Shown here: piece by piece, positions 27,557 to 41,539 of the stretch
Position numbering within the stretch: position 1 is the first letter of the stretch
Layout: each line of letters starts with the position of its first letter
Assembly: GCF_006345805.1 (NCBI RefSeq)
Contig: NC_042998.1
Coordinates: forward strand, 66,960,001-67,024,000
DNA: 64,000 nt
DNA from: Octopus sinensis
Taxonomy: Eukaryota
Reading direction: 5' to 3'
The notes under the pieces: generated by a model
What the model was told of the DNA's origin: nothing
What the model saw: the letters and a program-made list of their open reading frames with translations, nothing else
The model's database searches: none
Position numbers and translations under genes: made by a program

Positions 27557-28961
27557 ATATATATTATTCATATATCCAGAATTGCAATTCTAGTTGCAAT
27601 ATACTTGAAACAAGATGATATGGTCACGCCTCACATCCTGGAAGTCTTTGATTATAGATTTGCTTAATGAAGTCTGATTTCAGGCTAAGCAATCTTCATC
27701 ATCATATTTCCTATCATGCATTCAGCTAAGGACCATATGTATTTAGCCTTAACCAAGTGTATGAGTAATATTCTAATATAATCGTTAACAAGCAAATGCC
27801 CTCAGAAGACCAACGATGCTAAGTATGCATATACGAGTATGTGTGCATGTGTGTGATATACATGTGTTTATGTGTGTGTGTATGTGTGTGTAATTCCTTT
27901 ATCTCGTCTCTGTTACCCATAAAATGAATTATAATCATGTTGATTAACCTGAAAAATTGATATGCCTGCGTAACTATGCAACACTGGCCAGAAGATCGCT
28001 GTGCCGAATCAATTCATTGAATTACAGTGAACGTTTCGTTGCCAAACTTGCACACTTATCATTATTACGTAGAATATAATTTAGTTGGATATCTCATCTC
28101 GTTTGGAAAGAGGAAATATTATGTTATATGGAAGAACAATGTATTACACAAAGCTATTTGCATCGACGTGATTATGTAAAGTCACCTTAAGACATAGGTG
28201 ATTATCACATAGATTTTACGTATCTTCAACCAATTATGTATCTTCATGGATATAACATTGCGTTCATTACAGAATGTATTCTAGGCAGGGTATGAATAAC
28301 TAGCAAACGCAGGGAATAATGAACATTTTAAATTCTTGGTTTAAAGAGCATCAACACTGACACACGCACATAGACGCTCGCATACACACATACACACACA
28401 TGCACACGCACATGCACACACACATACAAATATACACAAAATATATCTACACAGAAATAAAAGGTGGTGCCCAGCATCATGACTCTAGAGAGAAAAGAAA
28501 AGGCGATAAAATATATTAAACTGCAATAATGCGCTCACACACAAACATCATTATGTATGTATATGTATACACATATGTATATATATATATGTATGTGTAT
28601 ATGTACGTGTATATTTGCATATATGCATACGTCACTGTGTATGTATGAGTGTGTGTATGCCTTTGTATGTGTATGCCTTGGTGTGCGTATGCCTTTGTGT
28701 GTGTGTGTGTGTTTGTGTATTTGTTAAATTTTTCCGCGGACATAGTAGCTGTGACTTCGTAGTTTCAGCTTCATTACCATTGTCAGACTGAGAAAGTCAA
28801 GCAAACCGAAGCTTCAAAACCACTATCAAATCATTCTGTGAAAATGTTTGGAAAACATGTTCTTACTAAAAAGATTTGAGAAAATTTTCATCCTAAACTA
28901 AAAGATGTTTTATATAGAATTTGACATAAAAGCAGTAATATAGCTTTGGCGGAGGAGGGGC

Positions 28962-29064
<103 letters not shown>

Positions 29065-30824
29065 ATATAGATGTAAGTATGTACATATATGTATATATTC
29101 ATATATTTATGTATTATTTATGGTATATATATATATATACACAGACACAAACACCCACACACATGTATATATATATATATATATTAACTTCTTTTTGTGT
29201 TACGATCGCTAATTTTTCTCGGTAACCTCTAGATGTATCTAAGCTTGAGTTGTACTCTCTAGATATACGAATATATTAATGTCCCAATTTTATAATCCAT
29301 TCAAAAGAATAGATAATATAATCACAAATGTTAATTAGCATTCTGTATCTGACGTGTATCTACCAACATTAGGTATACATGTCGCGCGTTAAAGAAATTC
29401 AAATAAATAAAGATGAATAAATAATGACAGTACAATATATTTTACAAATGTTTCAAAACAATGGTAAATTATTTGAATTATGGTAAATATAAATCATCAA
29501 CCAACCTTCTTTAACTCACTTCTTTACTTTGGTTCCTTCTCTACTGATGCAGAAATAAAATCCGAATCGTCAAGACTGTTTCCTTTTCATTCAAGCTTTA
29601 AACAAACACACAGTAACATGTGCTTTTACTTCTTCCGTTCTATTTTGTTGTTGGTCTTCACAATATATTTTTCGTGCTTATGTATAAACAGCTACGTTTA
29701 TATATAAATAGATATTATGTAGAGATAATATTATGTAGAGAAACACACAAAACGAATCTTTCTAAAGTGTAGACTATGCTTCTTTTAAAAATATTCAGAC
29801 TTGATATATAAGCATCCGCATATATAATATGTGAATATATATGAGTGTATATGAATAATCTATATAGGCCATGATGTTGTCTATAGAAAGCATGCTCTGT
29901 AGATATACATACATGTATGTATATATGTATGCATGAATATATGTATATACGTGTACGTATACTCCATACACATATATACTTAAACATGTGTGTACGCGCA
30001 TGCTTGTGTAACCTATAGTCCATGTATTTCTTTTTGCCCATATAATATATTTTTTATATCATTATTTAGAATCTTTACCGATTGGAAATATGTGTCACTT
30101 CATTAATATCGCTTAATTAAAACCCATTCCTTTCAGATGCAAGTCCGTAGTGATGTGACCTGTAAGTAAATGTATTCCTGATTGGAGTTCATCCACATAC
30201 TTCAAATGATTGATCATAATGATTCTAGCTGGTTGAGGGCAATTACTATCCAATATTTCTTTTACTACAAGGAGCATCTCTGTAATTCCACCATTAATTC
30301 TAATTCAGCTAAATTGAAAAATCCATCTCCTCTGAGTCGAAAAGCGTTTTTGCTTCTTTACCATTTCCAATATTCCTCTCCCAATTTCTTATTCATTGTA
30401 ATCTAATTTGTAATAAGCAGCTTCTTCCATCAAAAGTAACCATCGATCTTGGAATGAATTCCGACGAGAACTCAATAAATAAAGAAGCAAATAAATAAAA
30501 AAAGCATTAGTAAATCATATTTTATTTAATACTTATAGTTTCTCAGAATAATTTATGTCACATATTGATGGCGGACGCTAATGAAGTTGATGGCGACGAT
30601 TAAGGCTAGGCTGATAATTTGTGTTTATTTACTGACAGTGATGGTGATAAAGGTAATATTCGTTCTAGTTGCAATGATGATGATGATGATGATGATTGAG
30701 GGTGATGAATATAACACCGATGCTGCTGCTGATAATTATGATTTATTAAATATATTTGACATCCCTATCCCCACATTTCTCTTTCACTCTCTGCATCTCC
30801 CTCTGGATGTGTGCGTGCGTGTGC

Positions 30825-30895
<71 letters not shown>

Positions 30896-30999
30896 TGTGT
30901 TTGTGTGCTTGTGTATAAATAGACACACATAAATAAATTTATGTATATATAACCTAAGAAAGACAGGAAAATTTAAAGTACGTTTATAGAGTGACTTAC

Positions 31000-31122
31000 C
31001 AATGCTATCCATATCTATCTTACATTCTGGCTTTCCGTATCTTTTTTTCCCTCTACAATGACTTCTAATGGTACCAAGAATACCAGAATATAGTAGAAGT
31101 GATGACAACAACATGATTATTG
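31000..31122 (-). CDS. Candidate 123-nt symmetric phase-1 exon: (A)IIMLLSSLLLYSGILGTIRSHCRGKKRYGKPECKIDMDSI(G)
   Basis: Acceptor TATTTCAG, consensus donor G|GTAAGT, open frame, length divisible by 3, hydrophobic segment followed by a basic/Cys segment, non-repetitive sequence. Confidence 0.4.
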
Positions 31123-31854
31123 CTGAAATACTCCTTCTCTGGAGGTGTTTGCAATATTTTATATTGGAAGTGAAATTATCGTCGATTTTTATTGATGTGT
31201 TTATATCAAACCTTTATTTCCTAGAGGAGCATTTATGTGAGCGTCGACACATTCCAGAAGAAGAATTCAGTCTGGTGACGACTTCCGGTCTGAAAGATCG
31301 AATCGCTCTGTACAAGTGACAATAAATAATTGAATGCTTCAATAGTACCCTCAGGGCTTTTTTATATTAGTTCTTTAATTTGTGTTTTTGTTAACTGAAA
31401 AACGAATGTCTGTTCGAGACAGAGGGAGAGAGAAGAGTGAGTATATCCAAGAGACTAATAAATATATATAGAGAGTGTGTGTGTGTGAGAGAGAGAGAGG
31501 GGGGAGAGTTAGACTGACAGACAGAGAGAAAGACAGGGCGAGTGAAAGAAAGGACGGTATTTATTTCCTGTGGGAGAGTAACACAATAATCGGAAATGCT
31601 GAAATACTGCAATATATTCCAGTTAGAAGCAATTGATCATGAATGAAATATAGATACCACTGTGAGCTTGTTTCACGGTTTACCAACTAAACAATTTCGG
31701 CGATTGACTTTCACGATTCAGCATCGACGGTTGATTACATGTGAGTGTTATGTGTGTTTATGTGTGCGTATGTTTGTGTACGTGTGTATGTGGAAGATTA
31801 TAGTCCAGTCGATAGTTCCTAGCTGCCAATACGTCGGTTATGACGACGAGGGTC

Positions 31855-32113
31855 CCAGCTCGTGAAATTAACCTGCAAATGGCTGAGCTACCCACAAACA
31901 CGCATATCTTTAACGCAAGTCTCAGGGAGATTCGGCATGGCACAGAATGTGATAAATATAGCTCTTTAAATTGGAAGTACTACTCATATTTGCCAGCTGA
32001 GTGAACCCCAGAAACACGAAATAAAGTGTCTCGTTCAGGAATACAGCTCACTGCCGGATATCGAACTCACGACTGTGAGTCGAATAACGTAAACATTAAG
32101 CCATGTGCTCTCA
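31855..32113 (-). mobile_element. Degenerate SINE related to family C
   Basis: cagctgagtgaac, gaaataaagtgtct and tcgaactcac match the reverse complement of the 32286 copy. Confidence 0.7.
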
Positions 32114-32285
32114 CTTTTTATTTTGATAAGTTGATAGGCTAACGATTATAACGTCGTGGGTTCAACTTCTTGAGAGTAAAGCACATTATTTCATGTTAAT
32201 CCTGATTCCGCAGCAGAGACTGAATAGCAGCCATGTAACGGGACAGAAACTATACCCTGTAGTTTGTTCTAGGCATACTGCATAT

Positions 32286-32630
32286 TGTGATGCATGGCTC
32301 AGTGGTTAGAGCGTCGAGCTTACGATCGTGAGGTTGTGAGCTCGAATCCCGGACCGGGCTGCGTGTTGTGTTCTCGAGCAAGGCACTTTATTTCACGTTG
32401 CTCCAGTTCACTCAGCTGTAGAAATGAGTTGCGACGTCACAGGTGCCAAGCTGTATCGACTTTTGTCTTTCCCTTGGATAACATTGGTGGCGTGGAGAGG
32501 CGAGGCTGGTATGCATGGGCGACTGCTAGCCTTCCATAAACAACCTTGCCCGGACTTGTGTCTAGGAGGGTAACTTCTAGGTGCAATCCCATGGTCATTC
32601 ATGACCGAAGGGGGTCTTTACTCTTTACTC
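32286..32630 (+). mobile_element. SINE family C (tRNA-derived head, V-domain-like core), full length
   Basis: TGGCTCAGTGG A-box, TCGAATCCC B-box, tgttgtgttct.gagcaag.cacttta..tgctccagt core, (ctcttta)-type tail. Second copy at 38952..39292. Confidence 0.92.
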
Positions 32631-32934
32631 TGGTCTTAACGTGACGTACGTATGTATATATGTATGTGTGTATGTATGGCAGAACATCAGCCGAAGAGAT
32701 GCAATAGTTATGGAACAATACGAATTTATAAAATGCTATGTAATAAGTTATGCAATGGACTTACATCTGGGGATGAACGATGTTTTTATGTATCCACTAA
32801 GTTTTCCTTATTAAATGTTACACTTCAAAAAATTTAGAAGTCAGATCTTTCCTATATAAATATATGAATATATGTATATATATATACATATATGTACATA
32901 CCTACATCTATATGTATATATACATGCATATATT

Positions 32935-33520
32935 ATGAGTACAGGACACCAACAAAATGTTGAACACAATGAGAAACGAAAACATATAGACAGAAACATG
33001 GAAACGATCTTTTTTAAAACAATGAAAAAACAGAGTACAAGACATACAACACAAGGAACATTCCTCTTCTTCAGTTTTCCCTATTCCGTCTACTCCGCGT
33101 GTCAAAGGTAACGACAAGACGCGACTTAATTGTAACAATCCTTCCTGCAGAGCAAATTAAATAAAATTTTGGATTTGCAGAGGCTCAAAGTTGATAACAA
33201 AACGAGGACAGTGTAAACGAACAGTAAGTGCTACTAAGCCATAACGAGGTGGGGTGGTGAACGCTGGAGGATGGTCACTGCCCTGTTTTTGTCACCATAT
33301 TTGACCCTCTGCAAATCTCAAATTTTATTTTGCGGGTGCAACTGTTTCTCGAAGACACATCTTGTCGTAATTACTGAGGAGTAGATAAAACAACCGAAAA
33401 CTGATGAAGGGCCGTTCTTTATTTTACTTGCCTTGTTTTCTACTTGCTTCTTTCTTTCTTCGCAAAAAAAGTTCGTATTCCATGTTTTCGTATTCATGTT
33501 GTTTACGTCATGTACCCATA
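32935..33520. repeat. Diverged long inverted repeat (arms about 32935..33215 and 33275..33520), PLE-like
   Basis: Paired blocks gatttgcagagg/cctctgcaaatc, cgacaaga/tcttgtcg, tctactcc/ggagtaga and aaacatgga/tccatgttt. The right arm carries ACTGATGAAGG. Confidence 0.8.
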
Positions 33521-33607
33521 TATCCATATGTATATACATATATAAGTATGTACATTAACATGTATATATGCATATATATATATATTATATATATATATTA
33601 TATATAT

Positions 33608-33675
<68 letters not shown>

Positions 33676-33963
33676 TATATTATTTATATTATCATACCAT
33701 TGAAAGTCATGCATCCATTTCCTAGTAAGTTATATATATATAAACCAGATACGAGGTGTTCGTGAAATTTCTCGTTCTCGGGGTCTGCCGAGGAGATACT
33801 CGCGAAACGATAAAAAGCCCACTCTTCTTTCCCCCTTCACTAATTCATTCCGTGTGTATGTTCTCTTGTTTTGTCGTTGTTATTTTTGATGTTGGATTAT
33901 TCAACTTTTAACATACCATTTGATTATGTGTAATTGTGTGTGTGTGTGTACATCTGCACGCAC

Positions 33964-34008
<45 letters not shown>

Positions 34009-34390
34009 TGTGTATATATTTGGAATACGGGCGCCTCAGTAAATCGTTTAATAATACAGCATAACAATTTAAATTTATTGTAGATGATTGCATAATACAC
34101 ATTCGATCTATTATGGAAAAGTCTTTAGGTAAAACGTGTGAGGTTTTCTCCGAGATATCCACCCACCAACAATTACAGCTATTATCAAGTGGACGGATTC
34201 CAGTCCGTTTTTAATCTACCCCTGGTTACTTATGATGTGAGTTTATGGTAAAACACATTTACTCAAGCTGCTATCGATTGAGATTGCATCAGCGGGGACG
34301 TAAATCGAACTGCTAGTTTAGTTGTCTATGCCTACATACATTCATGCATACATACGTACATACAAACACTCACACAACATACGCATATAC

Positions 34391-34444
<54 letters not shown>

Positions 34445-34463
34445 GTATGAAGGTATGTATATA

Positions 34464-34495
<32 letters not shown>

Positions 34496-35132
34496 TGTGT
34501 GTATAATATTTACATACATGCATATATAGTATACATATATGCATATGAACGTGTGTTTGGCATGTAAGTGACGTGTGTTTCTGCTTATGTGTGCGTGTTT
34601 GTGAGTGTGTGTGTGTGTGTGTGTGTGTGCGTGCGTGTGTGTGCGTGTGTGTGTGTGTTTGTGTGTATGTGTGCTTGGTAGCGATTGATTGAAAGTGCAA
34701 TATAACTAGCTTTGTGATCAAACGTGTGATTATGGCTTTTGGCATATGCTTCCATAACTAAGCAGATGAAGGTTATTGACGTGTACATTTATCGAAATAT
34801 TGATTAATATAGCATTCAGACGCGAAATCCGATATTTAATTGGTTCGTTAGTTGATTGCCGAACGAATTTGGAGGGGAGATAAACAGTTAGACAAATAGG
34901 CAAAAACACAGACAGACATACATATACACAAATTAGCAAGTATACACACACACACTTCCACACACTCAGACACGGTTGTGGGTGTATATATGTACGTAAA
35001 CAGAGGCTGATAAAACAACATATACGATTGTATATACAGTTGTATTTAAGTATAAATATATTGATATATATTTACACATATATATCTATAAATATGTGCT
35101 TATGTGTATATATATATATGTATGAAGGTATG

Positions 35133-35217
<85 letters not shown>

Positions 35218-35268
35218 ATATATATGAATGTATGTATGTACATACACGCAAATGAATATGGATACACA

Positions 35269-35319
<51 letters not shown>

Positions 35320-37133
35320 ACACACACATAGATATATAGATAGTTAGATAGATAGTTGAAACAAAGAGAGACAGAAATATGCTCTAAAAATTTACAAAAC
35401 ATTATCATACACTTCAAGTGTTTTATACTTTACACGAATCGGAATTAAATAAAAATAAAATCAATGGTAAAATGGAAAAAGGAATAAAACGAGAAAATAT
35501 AATTAACTGATGTTTCTATTTTCTCATATTAATGGTCAGCATTTGAAGAATGAATACTTTGAATTATTGGAAGTCGTAGAACAAGTTTGAGAACAAACAT
35601 TGCCAAGCGTAATAAAAGAAAGCATGATGCGTCTCCCAAACTAGACGGTACTGTCCCACCCCACCCTCGGAAGACGGAGAGGATATATGTTACATGGGTA
35701 ATAAGGACGAACGTTTTGCTATGGGTGCAATATAAGCATAGGTGCAATGTTATTTTATTCTTGTATCTCTTATAAATATGAAGTTCGCTTACATGCTCAA
35801 AAAATATATAATTATACTGGCAAATATCAGCAATATTAATAGACTTCTGAATGTAAAGAAATAAGTGAAGAACATAGAATGCATACCACCTATGTTTATA
35901 GTATTCCATCTGTGCTTACAGCGGGGTGTTATTGTATTTATTAGTAATTCGCTTCCCACTCATACCCAGAACTAAATTGCTCTGGCTGGGTAGTATTGTA
36001 TGTTTATTAAATTGGATTGAAGTGTTCAAAATGTAACGAAAAGAAAACTGGCAATAGTGAAAATAAATTTAGAGAAACTAGTGTATGGTGTTGAATGAAA
36101 ATAAAATATGCTTAATGTATGTCTTTGTTCGAATGGTAGGCAAAAATCTGTGTAAACCGGATTACGTTGATGTAAACTTCTTAAATTTTCTAATCAGTGA
36201 AATCGAGAAAATAAATATCAGTTGAATATTGGTCTTTATCTAATAGACTGGAGGCAACCATATTTTGGAGTTATTATGTCTGGGAAGAATCGAAATCTAG
36301 TAGTTACGTTTTTCGGATATAATCAAGAGCTTTGCATTCAGTTATTTGATGAGGTGATTCTCTTGGATCCTTCAGTAAAATCCTCTTTTATGCTCTCTCC
36401 TACACAGTTCTATATGATTGCTATCAGTATGCTGATGCAGCCCTCTCTGCCTGTATAACTGCTTCCCAGATTTTTCTGTTGATTGAGCGTGATGGAACCA
36501 AGAGTGTGTACATAAGAACATGAAACATTTAGCGAAAGCATAGTAAATTCTATCACACCATTCTTGCTTGTGAGCGACACTATATTCTGTTGTAGAATGT
36601 CTGTGAAGAATCAATATATATAAGGGGTGATAAATTTTGACAACTCTTAGTACTGTCTGTCCTCGGTAGAGCGACGGATAAACCGTAATGCTGAATGTAT
36701 TGCTATTATTGAACCAACCTTGGTTTCGACGATAAACATTCACTTTCTCACTCAAGTAAATTGATTCCTTGTGTAAATTAACATATAATTGCGTATTCCA
36801 ACAAAAAGTCCTCTCTTGAAATCCTCATTACATCCCGATGTTTTTTGGCTTGTGTTTGTTTCGCAGCCTTCGGTATAAAGTGAACGAACTGTATGTCACA
36901 ATTGCTAGAGTTTCTGGTGTTTCTTAACTAGTTCGAAGTATCTAAAGCGTAAGTTAAAAGTATTTGATAAATATCAGTATATATGTTCAAAGCAAAGAAA
37001 GTTTTGTCGGAAACTAAGTGATTTTGGATTCAATCTCACTTCATGGACATTTGTGAATGAGACTTTTATTTTAGGTTGCCAAATAATTTTAAAGTGAATT
37101 TTAATGCATAGAAACTATGCGGAATTCCGACGT

Positions 37134-37169
<36 letters not shown>

Positions 37170-37757
37170 GCATACGCATTCACATACATGCGCGCAAACA
37201 TTCACGTACACACCCCTCCTGCGTACCAAATACACAGAGAAATACCCGCGTAACTCAACCTTCTCACAGGTCAAAAGGGCTAAACGACCTTTAGTTAAAC
37301 ATCCATTGATCTTATATCGCCTGAAGAAATGAAACCATGAAGATGATCTACCCAATGACCTCAGATATTACGAACCACACTGTAATCATTACTGTGATCT
37401 TAAGTGATATGTGATTTGTGGAAATGCGCGTAGCGATGCATTAGAATATTTATACATTCCATCCAAGGATTATTGTTATTATTGCTATATTTATCCTATA
37501 TTATATCGGTACAGCTGGATGAAACCCCACAAACTGGTACACACATCATAAGCCTGTGGCCGGAATAGGAGCTATATTTGTGTATTCAAAACGTTTCCCA
37601 TAAATAAATTTAAAAATATATAATAGACATATTTACGTGGGTGGTAATGTGTGTAATTATTGTCATACATATAGGGTGCAGCAAACAATATGATTTACTT
37701 TTATCTATAAACGTTTTAACAAACTCACGTCATAGCAGATTCAAACCTTGCCCGTAA

Positions 37758-38674
37758 TCTGTATATATATAAAGCAGGATGTGTGTGCATATATGTGTGT
37801 GTGTGTGTATGTGTGTACGTGATTGTAATTTATGCACGTCCACAAATTAGCAGGCATAGGAGGGCATTCGTGAAAAACCTACCTCGGTATTGTCAACATA
37901 TTTTTTTCCCGAGGCACGCGCGGATATAGGTAAAAATCTATTTTCAGCCATAGCTTTTACCTGTTTTGAAGATTGCTAACATGAATTAAATCCCTTCTAG
38001 CTATAGCCAAGCGAAAGTGTGTGTGTGAGAGAGAGATTGAAGTTGTGCGTTGATGTATGTTCGTGTGTGTGTGTGTAAGTGAGAGAGAGTGTTTCGCAAC
38101 GTCTAACAAAAATAGTAAAGGAAAAGTATGTGCAAGGAAGAGAGATAGTTTCACGGCGTCTAACAAAAAAAAAACGGGTAAAGACAAAGTGAGAGAGAGA
38201 GGTGGAGGGAGAGTAAGTCACAGCGTTCATAAAAAATAAACTGTAAAAATGCTTTGTTTTTTCTTAAACACGAGATATAGTTTTTGAAAGACACTATATT
38301 TTATAATCAGAGTATATATACTTTCTCACATAACAATTACAATATATTTATTTTAAATCGTTCATCCTTCTCTCCCCACTCTCTCAAATATATATTACTT
38401 TGGGTGCGAAAGAGTTTTGTTTTTATTTTACGCCGATTAAAAAAGTGTTTTGTTGACGATCCATTTATTTGATATATTAGCACTGCCTTTCAAATATCTC
38501 ATGAACATTACAAACATAACAGACGTTAACTTTATTTCCTTAAATAACCCTACCAATTTCAACGGATTTCACCCAAATTTGACGTCGATATTACTTAGTT
38601 TGTTTTGAAATAAAGAACTTGATTAGCTTAATAATCGTAACTTAATCCCGGGCAAGGCCGGGTTATACTACAAG
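37758..38674 (+). mobile_element. Non-autonomous Helitron-like element
   Basis: 5' A|TCtgtatatatataaa; 3' GC hairpin CCCGG-gcaagg-CCGGG (38647..38662) about 12 nt before CAAG|T (one change from CTAG); no TSD; internal ~60-bp imperfect tandem repeats (cgtctaacaaaaa). Confidence 0.75.
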
Positions 38675-38951
38675 TTAACTAATAAACGGTAAAGCATTAG
38701 CTGCCTTGACACACCGTCACCATTTGTAATATCCGAGTGGGTTTTCTTTGTTGCACCCTATATAATATGAAATTAATTTATCTCATATCTTTTTTGCTAT
38801 CACATTGATATTACAGTTTATACACAACACGAGTTAAACGAGTAAAGATAATTCTCACATTGGTGTGTTTGTGTTTTTGCCTGAGCAAAACTAGTGTTGG
38901 TTATAAAATATTGCATCTTAGCGTTTTGATAAAAAAAATATACCAGAAACA

Positions 38952-39292
38952 GAGAGAGACCCCCTTCGGTCAGACACTGACCATGGGTTTTGCACCTAGA
39001 GAGTTACCCTCTGAGGCACAAGTCTGGACAAGGTTGTTTTATGGAAGACCAGCAGTCGCCCATGCATACCGGCCTCCCCTCTCCACGTCACCGATGTTGT
39101 CCAAGAGAAAGGCAAGGGTCGATACAGCATGGCATCTATGACGTCGCAACTCATTTCTACAGATGAGTTAACTGGAGCAACGTGAAATAAAGTGTCTTGC
39201 TCAAGAACACAACACGCATCCCGGTCCGGGATTCGAACTCACAACCTCACGATCGTAAGCTCGACGCTCTAACCACTGAACCACGCGCCTTC
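38952..39292 (-). mobile_element. SINE family C, full length with 10-bp TSD
   Basis: Inverted homolog of 32286..32630. TSD accagaaaca at 38942..38951 and 39293..39302. Confidence 0.93.
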
Positions 39293-40177
39293 ACCAGAAA
39301 CAATAACTTCTATAATTAATATCATCGGATTAATTTCTTGAAACCGTTGTTTTAACATAGTTGCAGTTCAATGATTTAATACATTAAAGGAATACATTCA
39401 TAATATAGATAATCTGCGTGGTCTGCTTCGTATGTTCGATGGCAACGTACTTGGTTTTCGCCAATTCTTCAAGGAAAAGAACAGCTCTGTCTGTACCTGG
39501 CGGCTAACTGACGATACGGCGAATCTTGTGAGAACCATATAGCTGCCGTTAGTGTAGTTATTCATTTGCTACAACCAGTTCGTGATACATAGCTCTGAAG
39601 GAGATACAAGTTTTGAGATGAACTTCCTTGATCACATTTTCAGATGTTGATGAGAGGTAAAACAATAATAATAGCAGCAAATATAAAGCTGTAAAATTCA
39701 ACCGGTCTTTGAAGTCAATGTTGACTTTCATGAAGGGGAAATAAATAAACTTATTGCAACATAAGTTAAAAATGTTTAATATATATATTGTTTGCAGAAG
39801 TTTTAATTAATTGACTTCTTTCAATTTTTAATTGTTTATTTTTAGCTTTTAATTAATGATATTTTAATAAGTTACGGATAATTAACGCTAAAGAAATATT
39901 ATTAATCATCAAAGAAAATATCAGTGAACTCGACGTCGGGAAATATTTAAAGCTATACCTATTGATTACAACAAATACATTGAACGGGCGAGCAGACATC
40001 TTTGAGCGAAACTGAAATTATCAATCGAATAATAACTTTTAGCCATGATAATAAAAGAAGATACGTGGGTGTGAACATATTTAATGCATGGAACATTAAA
40101 ATTCTAAAAGCAGAATCAAGTATACTTGAAAAGGTTAGAAATATTATTATCAGTTTATGGCTATTATTCTGGCCTGT

Positions 40178-40630
40178 GAAGGCGTTGAGATGGCAAAAAT
40201 TGTTAGAGTGATGAGAAAATATTACGTAGTGGAATCTCTTGCATTTCTTTCAGCTTTGAGTTCAAATTCCGGTCAAAATCGCTGAGATTAAGTACAATAA
40301 TCCCTCGACTATTGCAGGTGTTACGTTCCAAAACCCCACCGCGATAGGTGAAAATCCGCGAAGTAGAATATGTACTGTATAATTATATATATATATAGAA
40401 TTTTTGTATATTTATTTTGTTATAAATTCAAGACGACACCATGGAGGAATCGACGTAAGCTTAAATACTAAACCGCGATAGGTGAACCGCGCCAGCTGGA
40501 CCGCGATATGGTGAGAGATTACTATATTAATAAGATAAAGTTTATAAATATCCGTTAATTATTGGGTCGATGTAAACTACAAACATCCTACCACTAAAAC
40601 TATTGTCCTTGTGCCAAAATGTGAAATCAT
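40178..40630 (+). mobile_element. Old SINE family A copy interrupted by a MITE
   Basis: gaaggcg..gag.tggca.aa.ttgttag and gagttcaaattcc before the MITE; gggtcgatgta and ccttgtgcc after it. Confidence 0.6.
40293..40526. mobile_element. Tigger/pogo-like MITE (~230 bp)
   Basis: Ends TAcaataatccctcg and tgagagattactaTA (consensus TA-CAGTAATCCCTCG); repeated internal accgcgataggtgaa motif. Confidence 0.8.
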
Positions 40631-41433
40631 TATACTGTCCCGCGTAAGAGATACTTCCACACATGCTTCTGTGTTATTTATGTTTTATAGAGGGGACGTA
40701 TTCTCTTCCAATGTAAACTTCTGAGTTTTGCCAAACTATTTGCTTTCTGAATTAAACGCCACTAGTTGTGGTTGGGGAGATATTAGTACAAATCACTTTT
40801 TGTAAATAGTCAGGTAATTTCTTTATTGTAATACCAGTTTCCATTCAAACTTGAGAGCATCTAAACTGTTATTAACTGTACCTTCCTTTATCTGACCAAG
40901 CCACGAATACGAATAGGCAACAGTATTTGTACGTCATATGCTAACAAGACGTTTGTGTATAATGAAAAAGTACTTAGAAGTAAAATTTCAGAGATGAGTA
41001 GAGAGTTAATTGACATTGTTTAGTGGGTGGATAGAATGCCTGTTGTAAAAGATGACTAAAATAGATCGAAGTAGGGTTTGCATTCCGACTTCTTAAAACT
41101 TTCACCTGCAATAACCGCTCAAATAGACCCAGCCGCTGGTGGGTTGTCGCTTGAGTGACGTAATGTGGTCGCCTGCGATTTATAGGGTATCACAACAAAT
41201 GGAGCATTCAGCGAATCGCTGTCACAGCAAATGTACCCATATTATATCTATTACTACTACTAATCCACCCCTGTGTATTGGAGTATATGTAACAATGATA
41301 AGTCGTATCCCTTTTGGTTTTTATTTCAATTCGCTGTGATCTGAGTTCAAAACCCGCGATCACCTATTTAGCTAATAGATTTTAATTGTACCCTGTTTAG
41401 AAATCCAGCCCTTGGAAATTTGAATGCTTTTAC

Positions 41434-41539
41434 CTGCGTCCATTCTTTCACATGCATTAGACTCCAGTCTCAGATTTAGGGACACGTTCCTCACATCCTC
41501 CAAGAAATTCGAAGTCCTTGAATGGGATGCGAGAAATTC
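41434..41539 (-). CDS. Candidate exon (106 nt, phase 0 to 1) EFLASHSRTSNFLEDVRNVSLNLRLESNACERMDA; possible ATG at 41443
   Basis: Long polypyrimidine acceptor gtttcttttttgtcctttgtattctaatcag, donor CAG|GTAAAA, open frame that joins in frame to 31000..31122. Confidence 0.35.

Noticed and set aside
30115-30310. Alternative minus-strand phase-1 continuations of exon 31000..31122 (AELELMVELQRCSL*; EMLLVVKEILDSNCPQ...)
   Set aside because: I cannot choose among them without transcripts. They show that the third-exon call is weak.
32294-32360. tRNA gene-like sequence (also at 5795, 25385 and 39230)
   Set aside because: The A/B boxes continue into a shared SINE body and tail, one copy has a TSD, and I see no convincing acceptor stem. 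These are SINE heads.
36372-36755. 127-aa minus-strand ORF in non-repetitive DNA
   Set aside because: No recognisable motif and no consistent splice partner.
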